DNA of 64,000 nucleotides from Chloroflexota bacterium. GTDB taxonomy: Bacteria; Chloroflexota; Limnocylindria; Limnocylindrales; CSP1-4. This document shows, one piece after another, positions 32,327-42,227 of the stretch. The stretch spans positions 237,488-301,487 of the forward strand of contig CANJLL010000002.1 of NCBI GenBank assembly GCA_947475545.1, in the 5' to 3' direction. How positions within the stretch are numbered: the first letter of the stretch is position 1; the number at the start of each line of letters is the position of its first letter. The position numbers and the translations under genes were made by a program. A model generated the notes under the pieces. That model saw nothing but the letters and a program-made list of their open reading frames with translations. It made no database searches and had not been told where the DNA came from.

Positions 32327-33460
32327 ATGAACGCCCAGCAAGGGACGACACCGGAAGCGGCTCCGGTGGACACTCGCCCCTACTCCCCCGGCCTCGAGGG
32401 AGTCATTGCCGCGGAAACCGGGCTCGCCCTTGTCGATGGCGAGAACGGGCGCCTCCTGTACCGCGGCTACCGGATCGGTGATCTGGTGGAGCGCGGCTCG
32501 TATGGCGCCATCACCAACCTGCTCTGGACCGGTGAGTGGGATCCCACGGTCAAGCTGGCGACCACACCCGTTCCGCCCGCGGTCATGACCGTTCTCCGAA
32601 CCCTGCCCAAGACCGCCAAGCCCATGGACGCGCTGCGCACGGCGGTCTCCATGTGGGGCGCGACGCAGGACATCACGTGGCCGCCCACGCCAGAGCAGGC
32701 CAAGGCGATTACCGCCTTCTCCCCGTCGGCGCTGGCGGCCTTCGCCCGCCTCCGTGCCGGCAAGGAGCCGGTTGATCCGGATCCGTCGCTGGACCTGGTC
32801 GACGGCTTCCTCTACCAGCTCAACGGTCAACGCGCCGACCCGGGCACCATCCGGGCGCTCGATGCCTACTTCGTGGTCGGCGCGGAGCACGGCCTCAACG
32901 CATCCACGTTCACGGCCCGCGTGATCGTCGCGACCCGCTCGGACATGGTCTCGGCCGTCGTCGGCGCCATCGGCGCCCTGAAGGGTCCGCTCCATGGGGG
33001 CGCGCCCTCCGAAGTTGTCGAGCAGATCCACGAGGTTGGCTCGCCCGATCGCGCCGAGGCATGGGTCCGTGACGCCGTCGACAAGGGCGTCCGCCTGATG
33101 GGCTTTGGCCACCGCGTGTATCGCGCCTACGACCCGCGGGCCGCCGCGCTTCGAAAGGTCGCGGAGAGCATGGCCAAGAAGCCCGACTGGCTGGAGCTGG
33201 CGATCAGCATCGAAGACGTCGCCCTGCGCGTCCTGGCCGAGAAGCACCCGGATCGCGCGCTCAAGACCAACGTCGAGTACTACGCGGCGCCGGTGCTCAT
33301 GGGCGTGGGCCTCACGCCGGATCTCTTCCCGGCAGCCTTCGCGCTCGCGCGGACCGCCGGCTGGACGGCTCACATCATCGAACAGGCGGCCGCCAACAAG
33401 CTGATCCGGCCGGACGCGATCTACACGGGCCCGGGCGAGCGCGAGCTGCCCGCCTCCTGA
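32327..33460 (+). CDS. Citrate / 2-methylcitrate synthase
   Basis: GLEGV, LLYRGY, AEHGLNASTF, GPLHGGA, LMGFGHRVY, DPRA, NVEYY, RTAGW. Confidence 0.93.
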   Translation: MNAQQGTTPEAAPVDTRPYSPGLEGVIAAETGLALVDGENGRLLYRGYRIGDLVERGSYGAITNLLWTGEWDPTVKLATTPVPPAVMTVLRTLPKTAKPMDALRTAVSMWGATQDITWPPTPEQAKAITAFSPSALAAFARLRAGKEPVDPDPSLDLVDGFLYQLNGQRADPGTIRALDAYFVVGAEHGLNASTFTARVIVATRSDMVSAVVGAIGALKGPLHGGAPSEVVEQIHEVGSPDRAEAWVRDAVDKGVRLMGFGHRVYRAYDPRAAALRKVAESMAKKPDWLELAISIEDVALRVLAEKHPDRALKTNVEYYAAPVLMGVGLTPDLFPAAFALARTAGWTAHIIEQAAANKLIRPDAIYTGPGERELPAS

Positions 33461-33540
33461 CCGCCCTTCGGGGCGGGGCCCTTCCGGGGTCAACCGCCCT
33501 GGGGAACTCAACGCCCCTCGGGGCTACAGACGCCACGACT

Positions 33541-33573
33541 CCGAACCGCCGGCACCCCAGACCGGCGGTTCGG
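33541..33573. terminator. 12-bp hairpin between convergent citrate synthase and MFS genes
   Basis: CCGAACCGCCGG-N9-CCGGCGGTTCGG; a CCGCCC-TTCG-GGGCGG hairpin also follows the synthase stop. Confidence 0.5.
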
Positions 33574-33687
33574 TCGTTTCCGCCCGGGCCATGGAGCGTG
33601 ACGGCCGGCCTGCGCACCGGCGCACTCCGGGGGGGCAGCGCCGGTGCGGCGGCCGGCGCGCTGGCGAACATCAGGCGAGGTCGGCGT

Positions 33688-34944
33688 TCAGGGAACTGGC
33701 GCGACCGCGGCTGTCTCGTGGGCCGGCTCCGGCCGGCGATGCCTGGGCAGGAGGATCGCGACGGCCACGGCGCCGGCGAGAAACACCGCGGAGCCCAGCC
33801 AGAACGTGCCGGGGACGTCCGCGATGCGCACGACCACGGAGCCCAGCGCGGGGCCCACGATCCCGGCCAGGTACAGCGGCAGGTAGATCAGGTTGAGCGT
33901 CGCCGAGCGGCTCTCGCTGCGCACCTCCGTCGCCAGCAGCCCAAAGACCATCGCCCCAACCGCCGACGTGCAGGCAGCAAACGCCAGCGCGCCCACGGCA
34001 AGCCAGCCCAGCCCCGGCGCCAGGGGCATCACAACGAGCGAGGCGGCGCCGCCCACCAGGGCCACCACCAGCACGGGGCGAAAGCCGATGCGGTCACCGA
34101 TCGCGCCGCCCACCGGTGAGAGCAGCGCGCCCGCCAGGGCGGCGGTCCCGGCGACCAACGCAATTCCGCTCGCGAGGCCCGGCCCCAGCCCGATCAACCG
34201 CTCCACGAGGACCGGAATGTACGGGCGCGTCAGCTGGGTGGCGAGGAATGCCGTGCCGTAGATGAGGAAGATCCGGCGGACAGCGTGATCCGCGAACACG
34301 CCCCGGATGGCGCCGAAAGCCAGTCGGAACACGCCACCCGTGGGGATCACCTCGGGTCGAACCTCGCGCGAAGCCAGGCCAACGAGGAGGGCGGTTCCCA
34401 CCGAGAGCGCCGCCGAGACCAGGAAGACCGCAGAGATCTCCTGCCCCAGGCCGTCGATCAGGAGGCCAGCCAGCGCCGGACCCGCAGCGAAGCCAATCGG
34501 GCTGGCGGCGCCGAACAGCGCGATCGTCGTGCCCAGCCGATGGCGAGGCACCACATCGCGGATCCCCGCCAGCATGACGCCGGTGTTGCCCAGCTGGAAC
34601 CCGATGAGCAGCATGCTGACCGCAACGTGCCACGGCTGGCTGCTGAGGGCCATCCCAAGGAAGACGACCGCCTCCACGATGGCACTCCGGGCAATGACCG
34701 CCTTGCGACTGTACTTGTCCGCCCAGACGCCCCAGAGGGGCACCAGCGGCAGTCCCACGATCCAGAGGAGCGAGCCGAACAGGCCGATGAACGAGAGACG
34801 CTCGCCGTCCGGGACGCCCATGTGCGCCAGGCTGGCGGGCAGCAGCGCATAGACCTGGCTGACGCCAATCCCTTCGACCAGCGAGGTGACCCAGAAGATG
34901 GCGACGAGGCGGCGCCAGTCCTGGGAGGCAGCGGTGCGGATCAT
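33688..34944 (-). CDS. MFS transporter
   Basis: About 12 TM; motif A WGVWADKYSRK and GAIGDRIGFR. Confidence 0.88.
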   Translation of the reverse strand: MIRTAASQDWRRLVAIFWVTSLVEGIGVSQVYALLPASLAHMGVPDGERLSFIGLFGSLLWIVGLPLVPLWGVWADKYSRKAVIARSAIVEAVVFLGMALSSQPWHVAVSMLLIGFQLGNTGVMLAGIRDVVPRHRLGTTIALFGAASPIGFAAGPALAGLLIDGLGQEISAVFLVSAALSVGTALLVGLASREVRPEVIPTGGVFRLAFGAIRGVFADHAVRRIFLIYGTAFLATQLTRPYIPVLVERLIGLGPGLASGIALVAGTAALAGALLSPVGGAIGDRIGFRPVLVVALVGGAASLVVMPLAPGLGWLAVGALAFAACTSAVGAMVFGLLATEVRSESRSATLNLIYLPLYLAGIVGPALGSVVVRIADVPGTFWLGSAVFLAGAVAVAILLPRHRRPEPAHETAAVAPVP

Positions 34945-35257
34945 GTCGGCCAGCGTAGCGAATCCCGGGCAGACCGAGGTTTGCCTGCCCACTCCTTCGC
35001 CGGTCGTTCTGATCGGTGCGAACGCTGGGGCGGGATCACCTCGCGGCGGAGGGCTTCCTGGTGGTGATCCGGATCATGTGAGCCGCCGAGATCCGGCGCT
35101 GGTCGTGCGCAGGGTCCCGGCCACCTGACCATCGCCGATCGGTCCGGACGCGACGATTCCACGTTGCGTTCCGGGCCGCCAGGGCGCAGCATCCGCGCAC
35201 CGGCGCCTGCGTCGAGGGGTTCGACGTCAGCAACCATCGCGCCGACAGGGAGAGTCT

Positions 35258-35725
35258 ATGGCACCTTCCACTGGCGCTCGTCCGCTTGGGATCACGATCA
35301 TCGCCGTCCTCGCGCTGTTCGGTGGCGCCTTGGGGCTCCTCGGCAGCCTGGGCCTCGTCTTCGGCGGGAGCATCATCGCCGCCGCGGGCGGTGGGAGCGT
35401 CGGCGGGTTCGTCGTGATCAGCGGGCTGGTCATCCTGGTCCTGAGCGTCGCGGAGATCGCGCTGGCCTTCGGCTTCTGGACCCTCAAGGTCTGGGCGTGG
35501 CGACTGGGCGTCATCCTCGCCCTGGTCCAGGTGGCGTGGTCGCTGGTCGGCCAGGTGCTGGTCGGCATCGACATCACCGGCCTGATCATCACCGCCGTGA
35601 TCTCGTTCGTCTGGATCTACTACCTGAACAAGCCGGAGATCCGCGTGGCGTTCGGCGCCCAGGCCAGTGGCCTCCCGGTGGTAGGCAACGCGCTGGACCC
35701 GTACCTCGCCAAGATCAAGTTCTGA
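35258..35725 (+). CDS. 4-TM hypothetical membrane protein
   Basis: RPLGITIIAVL...LAFGFWTLKVWAW...YYLNKPEIRVAF; good codon bias, GGAGAG SD. Confidence 0.75.
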   Translation: MAPSTGARPLGITIIAVLALFGGALGLLGSLGLVFGGSIIAAAGGGSVGGFVVISGLVILVLSVAEIALAFGFWTLKVWAWRLGVILALVQVAWSLVGQVLVGIDITGLIITAVISFVWIYYLNKPEIRVAFGAQASGLPVVGNALDPYLAKIKF

Positions 35726-35767
35726 GCCTGGTGGCCACGATCCGGTGGCCACGATCCGGAGACGGAG

Positions 35768-35796
35768 AAACGGCGCCGGGCCACCGGCGTCGTTTT
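35768..35796 (+). terminator. Intrinsic terminator-like hairpin
   Basis: AAACGGCGCCGG-GCCA-CCGGCGTCGTTTT between convergent genes. Confidence 0.6.
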
Positions 35797-35819
35797 GATT
35801 CCCGACGGGTGCGCGCGCA

Positions 35820-36116
35820 TCAGTCCGCGGCAACGACCCGGTTGAACGGGCGGGCGCGGAACTCCACCCAGATGCCGTTCCGGGTGTAGACGTCCTGGCG
35901 GCAGATATCCAGCGCGGCATCCTCGGAGGCGGCGCGGATCAGCACGATGGATGCGGACACGTCGGCGATGGCGCCGACCTCGATTACCACGCCCTCCTCC
36001 TTGAGGCGGAGCATCCGCGCGAGGTGCTCGGCACGGAAGGGGACGCGCGATTCGGCGGCGTCGGGGGCGCAGGTGGCTTCGACAAGCCAGGCAGCTTCGG
36101 TGGCGGCGGTGGCCAT
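35820..36116 (-). CDS. YciI family protein
   Basis: RVPFRAEHL...G...DVYTRNGIW; GAGG SD. Confidence 0.75.
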   Translation of the reverse strand: MATAATEAAWLVEATCAPDAAESRVPFRAEHLARMLRLKEEGVVIEVGAIADVSASIVLIRAASEDAALDICRQDVYTRNGIWVEFRARPFNRVVAAD

Positions 36117-36196
36117 GGGTTCCTCTCTTGGTCGCTTCGGCCCGCTTACCCTACCCGATCGCACGGCGGCTCAGGCCGCGGTGGCTGAATGGGCGG

Positions 36197-37051
36197 TCAG
36201 CCCGCGATGGAGGCGGAGGCGATCAGCACGATCGCCAGGATCGCCACGGCGATCCCCAGCCAGTGCAGGCGCGAGATCCGCTCGTGGAGGAGCGTCGCCG
36301 CCAGGATGACGGTCGTCACCGGGTAGAGGGATGAGAGCGTAGCCGCGATATCGAGCCGGCCCGCGTGGGCCGCCAGGACGAACAGGCCGTTGCCCGCGAA
36401 GTCGAGGACGCCCACCAGCACCGCGATCGGCAGCGCGCTCCCGCCCACGCGCCACGAGCGCCGGCCCAGGAGCACCACGAGCCCAACGCATGCGGCCGCC
36501 GACAGCTTGGCCAGTGCGAGCGTCGAGAACAGCGAGGCGGCCGGGGCCTGGCTGATGAGCACGTTGAAGATCCCGATCGCCAGGCCGGCCGCGACGGCGA
36601 ACTCCGCCCCGCTCCGCCGTCCCGCCTCGCCGGGTGCCCGCGACACCAGCACGACCGCGACCAGCGCGAGGACGATGCCGGCCAGCACGCCCCCACCGGG
36701 GAACCCGTCCCGCAGGATGCCGGCCAACACCGGCAGGGTCGCCGCCAGGAGGCCGGTGACGGGGGCCACGACGCCCATCCGGCCCACGGCGAGCCCGTGG
36801 TAGAGGTTGACCAGCCCGACGACCCCGAAGGCGCCGGCGGCCAGCCCCAGGACGACAGCGCCGGCGTCGGGCGCGGCCTCCCCGCGGAGCAGGGCCACCA
36901 GCAGGGCGCATAGCAGCCCGACGGGCTGGAGGATGAACGAGACGCCCAGCAACGGCGCACGACGGGTGGTATGGCCACCCCCAAAGTCGGCGGCGCCCCA
37001 GACGACGGCGCTGGCCAGCCCGAACAGGATGGTGGCTCCCTCGCCGCCCAT
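36197..37051 (-). CDS. DMT/EamA family transporter
   Basis: WGAADFGGG, GRMGVVAPV, SSLYPVTTVILA..LLHER. Confidence 0.85.
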   Translation of the reverse strand: MGGEGATILFGLASAVVWGAADFGGGHTTRRAPLLGVSFILQPVGLLCALLVALLRGEAAPDAGAVVLGLAAGAFGVVGLVNLYHGLAVGRMGVVAPVTGLLAATLPVLAGILRDGFPGGGVLAGIVLALVAVVLVSRAPGEAGRRSGAEFAVAAGLAIGIFNVLISQAPAASLFSTLALAKLSAAACVGLVVLLGRRSWRVGGSALPIAVLVGVLDFAGNGLFVLAAHAGRLDIAATLSSLYPVTTVILAATLLHERISRLHWLGIAVAILAIVLIASASIAG

Positions 37052-37070
37052 GACCGAGGGTCGGATCGCG

Positions 37071-39356
37071 CTAGTCGGCCGGGGCGGGGTCGACGGGCGT
37101 CGCAGACTCCGGCCGGGCCTCCCGCGCCGAGCGGACCTGATCGGCCGCACCAGGCGCCCGGGTGGGGGCGGGCGCGACGGCGGGCGCCTCCGCGGCGGGT
37201 GCTCCCTCGTCCTGGGCCGTGGGGCCGTCGAGGATCCGGACCGCATCCGCGGCGTGGTCGTAGCGGGCAGAGGTGGTCAGGTAGATCACCTGGAAGTCGT
37301 GGGCAAGCTCGCGCAGCAGCTCCACGGCCCTCGCGGCGCGCTCGTCGTCGAGGGTGACAAACGGGTCGTCGAACACGAGCGGCGGGCGGCGATCGCCCGT
37401 GACCAGCCGGACCAGGCCGAGGCGGGCCGCGAGGTAGATCAGATCCACGGTACCCTGGCTGAGCGTGGAGACATCCACCCAGTCGTTCCGCTCGGGCGCG
37501 AAGACCTCGATTCCCAGCGTCTGGTCATCGACCCGGACCCGGCGATACCGGCCGCCGGTGATCCGGTCGATGTCCGCCACCATCGTGTGCTCGAGGTAGC
37601 GGGTGGCCGTCCGCATGGTGGCGCGCTCCGCTTCCTCAATCGCGGCGAGCGTCGTGGCATAGACGCGATCCCGTCGCTTGAGAGCCGCCAGCTGCTCCTC
37701 CCAGGTCACCAGCCGCTCGGCCCGGGCCGCCACCTCTTCGGCGTCGACGCCGTTCGCTTCGACGCGGGCGCGCGCCTGGGCTTCGCCCTCCCGCGCGGCT
37801 TCCGCCTGCGCCTCCGCCTCGCGGACCTCGACCTCGAGCCGCTCACGGGCGCGGGGCTCGCGCGCGATGGGTCCCAACTCCTCGAGGGCGTGCGTCTTGC
37901 GCTCCACCTCGAGGGCCGCGGTGTTGCGCTCCGGGGCGACCGCTTCGGGGCGCATGTCGCCGACCAGGCCGCGGAGCTCCGCGATCCGCTGGTCGATCTC
38001 GGAGACGTGGGCCGTCTCGCGGTTCAGGATGTCCTCGGCTGCGGCGAGGTCCAGCAGCTCCAGCTCCGCGAGGAGCCGCGCCTCGGCGAGCTCCTCGTCG
38101 ATCAGCTCCTGCTGCATCTGCGAGCGCCCACGCAGTCGCCGGTCGACGTCGAACTCGATCTGGTCGTGGGTCTTCTGGAGGCGGTTGTAGCGCCGCTGCA
38201 TGACGCCGCTGACGACGAGCAGGGCAACGCCACCCAGCGCGACGACCGCGCCCGGGAAGCGAGCCCACACCTGGCCCACGACCACGCCGGCGACCAGGCC
38301 AAGCACAAGGCCGGCGACGATTGCCAGCGAGGACGCCACCATCGCCCACTTCCACGAGCGGGGCGGCGGCGGCGGCTCGAAGTTCGTCTCCACCTCTCCG
38401 GCCAGCTGGGCCTTGAGCTCGCGGACCCGCCCGTCCACGAGGCGCAGGCCCTCGACGGCCAGCCGCAGGTTGGCCAGCGGGATGTTGGTGGGATGCGTCG
38501 CCTGGAGTTTCTTGGTCTGCGCGATGACGGACGCGGCCGAGCGGTAGCGCTCGAACCGCTCGCTGGCGGACGTCCGCTCCGCGTCCAGGCGCTCGGCCTG
38601 GCGTGCTTTCTCCAGCATCGAGCGTCGGGTGTCGAGCTCGAGGATGGCTGCCGTCCTGCGCTCGACCGCCTCCGACTGGACGACGCGGTCGCGCTCCAGC
38701 TGGACCAGCGCCCGTTCGCCCTGCTCGACATCGGTTCGGGTGGACTCCACGGCGATCTCGGCGGAGCGCAGTCGGCCCGGGCTCTTGGCGCCCCGGGAGT
38801 TCAGGTCGCGGATCGCCCGATCCAGGAGCTTCCTGGCACGCGAGGTCCCGCGATCCCCACCAGAGATGGAGGCCTGCAGGCGGTCGCGGAGGGCCGCCTC
38901 GTCACGGGCCAGGTCATCCACCTCGTGATGGCGAACCGACGCCGTCGATCGGAAGAAGGCCTCGGTGGGAATGCCCGTCAGGTCGGCAAGGCGCTGGTCC
39001 ACGAGCGCGGGGTCCGTGATCGACTCGCCGTCGTAGTCCAGGCGGACCGTGCCCTTGGCCCCACGGAACGCCTTGTGGAGGGACCCGACCTTCAGGGTGT
39101 CCTCGTCATCCTGCTCGAACTCCATCACGAACTCGGGCGCGGACCCGTCCGCCGTCGAGCTGCCCCACGTCCGCAGCAGCTCCATGTCTGCGGAGGCGGA
39201 CGTGACCCGCCGGGTCAACCCCAGCTCGAGGGCCCGCTGGAGCGTCGTCTTGCCCGCCTCGTTGGGCCCGCGGACGACGGTCAGGCCAGGCGCCAGGTCG
39301 AGATCGAGATGCGCATGGCGGCGAAAGCCACGCAGCTCGAGGCGCTTGATCCTCAC
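37071..39356 (-). CDS. SbcC/Rad50-like (YhaN-type) coiled-coil ATPase with central TM hairpin
   Basis: GPNEAGKTT Walker A; LSQGT signature; PLVFDDPFVTLD Walker B; long coiled coils; two hydrophobic helices mid-protein. Confidence 0.85.
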   Translation of the reverse strand: MRIKRLELRGFRRHAHLDLDLAPGLTVVRGPNEAGKTTLQRALELGLTRRVTSASADMELLRTWGSSTADGSAPEFVMEFEQDDEDTLKVGSLHKAFRGAKGTVRLDYDGESITDPALVDQRLADLTGIPTEAFFRSTASVRHHEVDDLARDEAALRDRLQASISGGDRGTSRARKLLDRAIRDLNSRGAKSPGRLRSAEIAVESTRTDVEQGERALVQLERDRVVQSEAVERRTAAILELDTRRSMLEKARQAERLDAERTSASERFERYRSAASVIAQTKKLQATHPTNIPLANLRLAVEGLRLVDGRVRELKAQLAGEVETNFEPPPPPRSWKWAMVASSLAIVAGLVLGLVAGVVVGQVWARFPGAVVALGGVALLVVSGVMQRRYNRLQKTHDQIEFDVDRRLRGRSQMQQELIDEELAEARLLAELELLDLAAAEDILNRETAHVSEIDQRIAELRGLVGDMRPEAVAPERNTAALEVERKTHALEELGPIAREPRARERLEVEVREAEAQAEAAREGEAQARARVEANGVDAEEVAARAERLVTWEEQLAALKRRDRVYATTLAAIEEAERATMRTATRYLEHTMVADIDRITGGRYRRVRVDDQTLGIEVFAPERNDWVDVSTLSQGTVDLIYLAARLGLVRLVTGDRRPPLVFDDPFVTLDDERAARAVELLRELAHDFQVIYLTTSARYDHAADAVRILDGPTAQDEGAPAAEAPAVAPAPTRAPGAADQVRSAREARPESATPVDPAPAD

Positions 39357-40519
39357 AGCGTCACCTCGTGGCCGGCCAGGAGCAGCCGGCCCAACCGCAG
39401 CGCGTCGCGGAGCTCGGCGGCCCCGACGGCATCCCCCGCGGCCTCGCGCTCGTGGATGCGGGCCTCCAGGTTCCGGATGAACGCCCCGGCGATGGTCTCC
39501 TCCGATGGGATGGGGCCCGTGGTCAGCGCCCCCAGCGCGCGATCGCGCACCCGCACCTTGAGGAACGACGGCGCGAGCTGGGCCTCCACCTCATCGGCGA
39601 CCAGGTCCAGCTCGTCCGGTCGGACGCCGCCCAGCAGGACATCCAGCACCAGATCCGGGTCCGCGGCGCGGGCGAGCATGGTGATCAGGGCAGGCTGGCT
39701 CTGGATGGTGCCCAGGTCCACATCTCGCCGCTCGAAGGTGGTCTTGCCGACACGCCGCTCCTCCACCCGGACCTGCTTGCCGGCGGGGCCCTTGTTGAAG
39801 CTGACGATCAGCACGTTGCCGGCGCGGTCCTGGTCCAGCGCCACGGGCTCCGGCGCGCCCGAGTACGCCCAGATGGTGCCGCCGGCCTTCCCCTGCACGT
39901 ACGAGTGCCAGTGCCCCAGCGCCAGGTAGTCCAGTCCGGATGCGGCGATCTCCTCGCTGGTGACGACCACCTCGTCCCCGTCGGTCTTGCCCGGGATCGC
40001 GATGGAGCCGTGGATCAGCCCGATGTGCCAGATGGCGGCCCCGGACTCGTCCAGGCGGAAGTCCGCGAGGGGCGACCGGGGCGCCCGCTTGGTGCCGAAG
40101 ACAGGCCCGTGGACGACGATGTTGAGGGACTCGAGGAGCACCGCCCGGCGGTCCGGTGAGAGGACGGTGACGAAGTCCTCGCCGGGGCGCGATCCCGCCA
40201 TCGCCGCGACATCGTGCGCGCGGTAGATGGACGCCCGGTCGTACACGTCATGCGTGCCGGGGATGATGACCGTCCGGATCCGCGCGCCGACGAGGCGCGC
40301 CAACTCGGCCGCCACCCGCTCCACCGAGCGACGCGGCTGGACGTTGGAATCGAACAGGTCCCCGGCAATGAGGACGCCGTCGACCCGCTCCTTGAGGGCC
40401 AGGTCCACGGTGGCCTTGAAGGCCGCGAACTGGCGCTCTCGCTGGGTGGCGGCACGATCCCCGAGGTCCGCGTAGCGGGCCCCCAGGTGGACGTCTGCGG
40501 TGTGAAGGAGTCGGAGCAT
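39353..40519 (-). CDS. SbcD/Mre11-like (YhaO-type) metallophosphoesterase nuclease
   Basis: HTADVHLG, AGDLFD, PGTHD, HGS, DYLALGHWH, YSGAPEP; stop overlaps partner start. Confidence 0.88.
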   Translation of the reverse strand: MLRLLHTADVHLGARYADLGDRAATQRERQFAAFKATVDLALKERVDGVLIAGDLFDSNVQPRRSVERVAAELARLVGARIRTVIIPGTHDVYDRASIYRAHDVAAMAGSRPGEDFVTVLSPDRRAVLLESLNIVVHGPVFGTKRAPRSPLADFRLDESGAAIWHIGLIHGSIAIPGKTDGDEVVVTSEEIAASGLDYLALGHWHSYVQGKAGGTIWAYSGAPEPVALDQDRAGNVLIVSFNKGPAGKQVRVEERRVGKTTFERRDVDLGTIQSQPALITMLARAADPDLVLDVLLGGVRPDELDLVADEVEAQLAPSFLKVRVRDRALGALTTGPIPSEETIAGAFIRNLEARIHEREAAGDAVGAAELRDALRLGRLLLAGHEVTL

Positions 40520-40932
40520 GCGGAGCCGACCTCCGGGGTTGGCGTTGCGACGGTCACGGCCCCGGAGTGGGCCCATTGCCCGCACGCGAGCGATGGTTCC
40601 CGGCGAGCGAGACGCCCCTTGACTCCCCGCTCGCCTCCCCGAAGCCTCGGCCGGCATTGTGACAGGTCGAACCTCACAGCCGACATCCCCGGACCGCAAT
40701 TCCTCGCCCAGATGCTCCCGGAAGCGCCCACTGGGATGAGCCGAGGCGCCCCAATCCGGGTCGAGATGTATCCTGACGAGGTACACCACTGGCGGCCCCG
40801 ACGGGGACTCCACGTTGGCACCTTGGGTCGCGCGGCCCCGGCAGATCCCGGCCCCACCTCCGCGTTCCCGATACCACTGCGGGTCCGCGCATGAAGCCGT
40901 CCTCGTATCCCGGGATCGGGAGGATCAGCCTC

Positions 40933-41271
40933 GTGACCTACTCAGACAGGACCCTGACCTGCGTCGATTGCGGCGCCCCGTTCGTGCATTCCGCCGCCGA
41001 CCAGGAGTTCTACGCCGAGCGCCAGTTCGTGTCGGACCCCAAGCGCTGCACGTCCTGCCGGGCCACCCGCCGGGCCGGCCGCGACAGCGGGGCCGACAGC
41101 CACGACATCGGCGGCCCGCGCGGCCTTGAGCGGCCGCAGGACCGTGGCCAGCGCGAGTTCTTCGCGGCCCTCTGCTCGGAATGCGGCAACCAGGCCCAGG
41201 TGCCGTTCCGGCCGCGCATGGACCGGCCCGTCTATTGCTCCGACTGCTTCCGGAAGGTCAAGCCCAGCTGA
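40933..41271 (+). CDS. Zinc-ribbon / CxxC-x17-CxxC domain protein
   Basis: DRTLTCVDCG..F..SAADQEFY...PKRCTSCR and CSECG...VPFRP..DRPVYCSDCF; GGAGG SD, GTG start. Confidence 0.85.
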   Translation: MTYSDRTLTCVDCGAPFVHSAADQEFYAERQFVSDPKRCTSCRATRRAGRDSGADSHDIGGPRGLERPQDRGQREFFAALCSECGNQAQVPFRPRMDRPVYCSDCFRKVKPS

Positions 41272-41282
41272 TCTCGGGCCTT

Positions 41283-41315
41283 GGCCCCATCGGCCCCATC
41301 GGCCCCATCGGCCCC
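41283..41315. repeat. 9-bp tandem repeat (GGCCCCATC)x3.6
   Basis: Directly visible between convergent genes. Confidence 0.85.
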
Positions 41316-41371
41316 GGAGCGCCCGGCGGGCAGGGCGCAGGTGTGCGGACGGGATGGTGGCCCCATCCGGA

Positions 41372-42076
41372 TCAGATCCTGAAGACGTCCCCGCGACGGT
41401 AGCGGCGCCGATGGCGGCCGCGCCAGACCGTGACGCGGGCCGTGCCGTGGACCTGCCACGCGCCATCCCTGCCAACCAGGGCGGTCCCGGCGTCGATCCC
41501 CAGCACCGCCGCTCCGTTGGGCGCCTGGAGTGCGAGCGCGGCCACCAGCGGCTCCGGGACAGCGTCGTACCCGGGGATCACGACCGCGTCCGGCAGCAGG
41601 CCCAGGGCGGGCCGCCATGCAACCGGCCATGGCAGGAAGCGGCCGCGGAGATGCGCGTGGCGAGCGGCGAGGACCTCCGCGCCGGCCGCACAGCCAACGA
41701 GGACCGCACCCCGCCGATGCGCCGCGATGAAGGTCGCGCCCAGCCGGGTCTCGCTCAGCAGGTCGCACAGCCGCCCTCGCCGGCCGTTGGCCAGATAGAT
41801 CGCGTCGGCCTCGCCCAGCGCCTGGACCGCGACATCGTCCGCGTCCGTTGCCCCTTCCGGGATCACGATGGGCTCAACTTCCGCGCCAAGGCCCGCGAAG
41901 TGCGCCAGGGCGGTCGCGACCTCGCGAGCGGTGGCCTCCGACGAGCGCGGGTGTCCGGCACCCAGGACCACTACGCGCGGGCGCGCCCTGCCCGTGGCCG
42001 CGAGCAGCTCGCGGTCAAGCTCCAGCATGGAGGGCAGGAAGGCGCCGGCGCCGATCAGCGCCACAGGTCCGGGCAC
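41372..42076 (-). CDS. Peptidase S51/cyanophycinase-like protein, catalytic residues apparently lost
   Basis: GPVALIG, HFAGLG, ADAIYL, GIDAGTALV layout; GCAAGA replaces GxSAGA and IPGYD replaces the family PH motif. Confidence 0.65.
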   Translation of the reverse strand: MPGPVALIGAGAFLPSMLELDRELLAATGRARPRVVVLGAGHPRSSEATAREVATALAHFAGLGAEVEPIVIPEGATDADDVAVQALGEADAIYLANGRRGRLCDLLSETRLGATFIAAHRRGAVLVGCAAGAEVLAARHAHLRGRFLPWPVAWRPALGLLPDAVVIPGYDAVPEPLVAALALQAPNGAAVLGIDAGTALVGRDGAWQVHGTARVTVWRGRHRRRYRRGDVFRI

Positions 42077-42227
42077 AGCCTGAGTCTACCGAGTCCGCCG
42101 CAAACAGCCCGGACGGCCCGCCGACCCTTCCCCGAATGCACCCGCGCCTGTATCGTGCCGTCCAGCGGGGCCCGGGCCGGACGGCGGTTCGTGACAATGA
42201 CCCCGGGCACACGGAGGAGCGCGGGAT

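Noticed and set aside
36807-39929. Very long antisense/alternate-frame ORFs (this 1040-aa one, also 54846-57296, 6752-8647, 61351-63330)
   Set aside because: Shadow ORFs expected at this GC; they overlap well-supported genes and have no motifs.
40790-40810. tRNA 3'-end-like fragment (TCCCCGTCGGGGCCGCCA on minus) as an att site, and a structured leader for the zinc-ribbon gene
   Set aside because: No TTCGA loop or integrase; the best long-range helix uses bases upstream of the predicted TSS.
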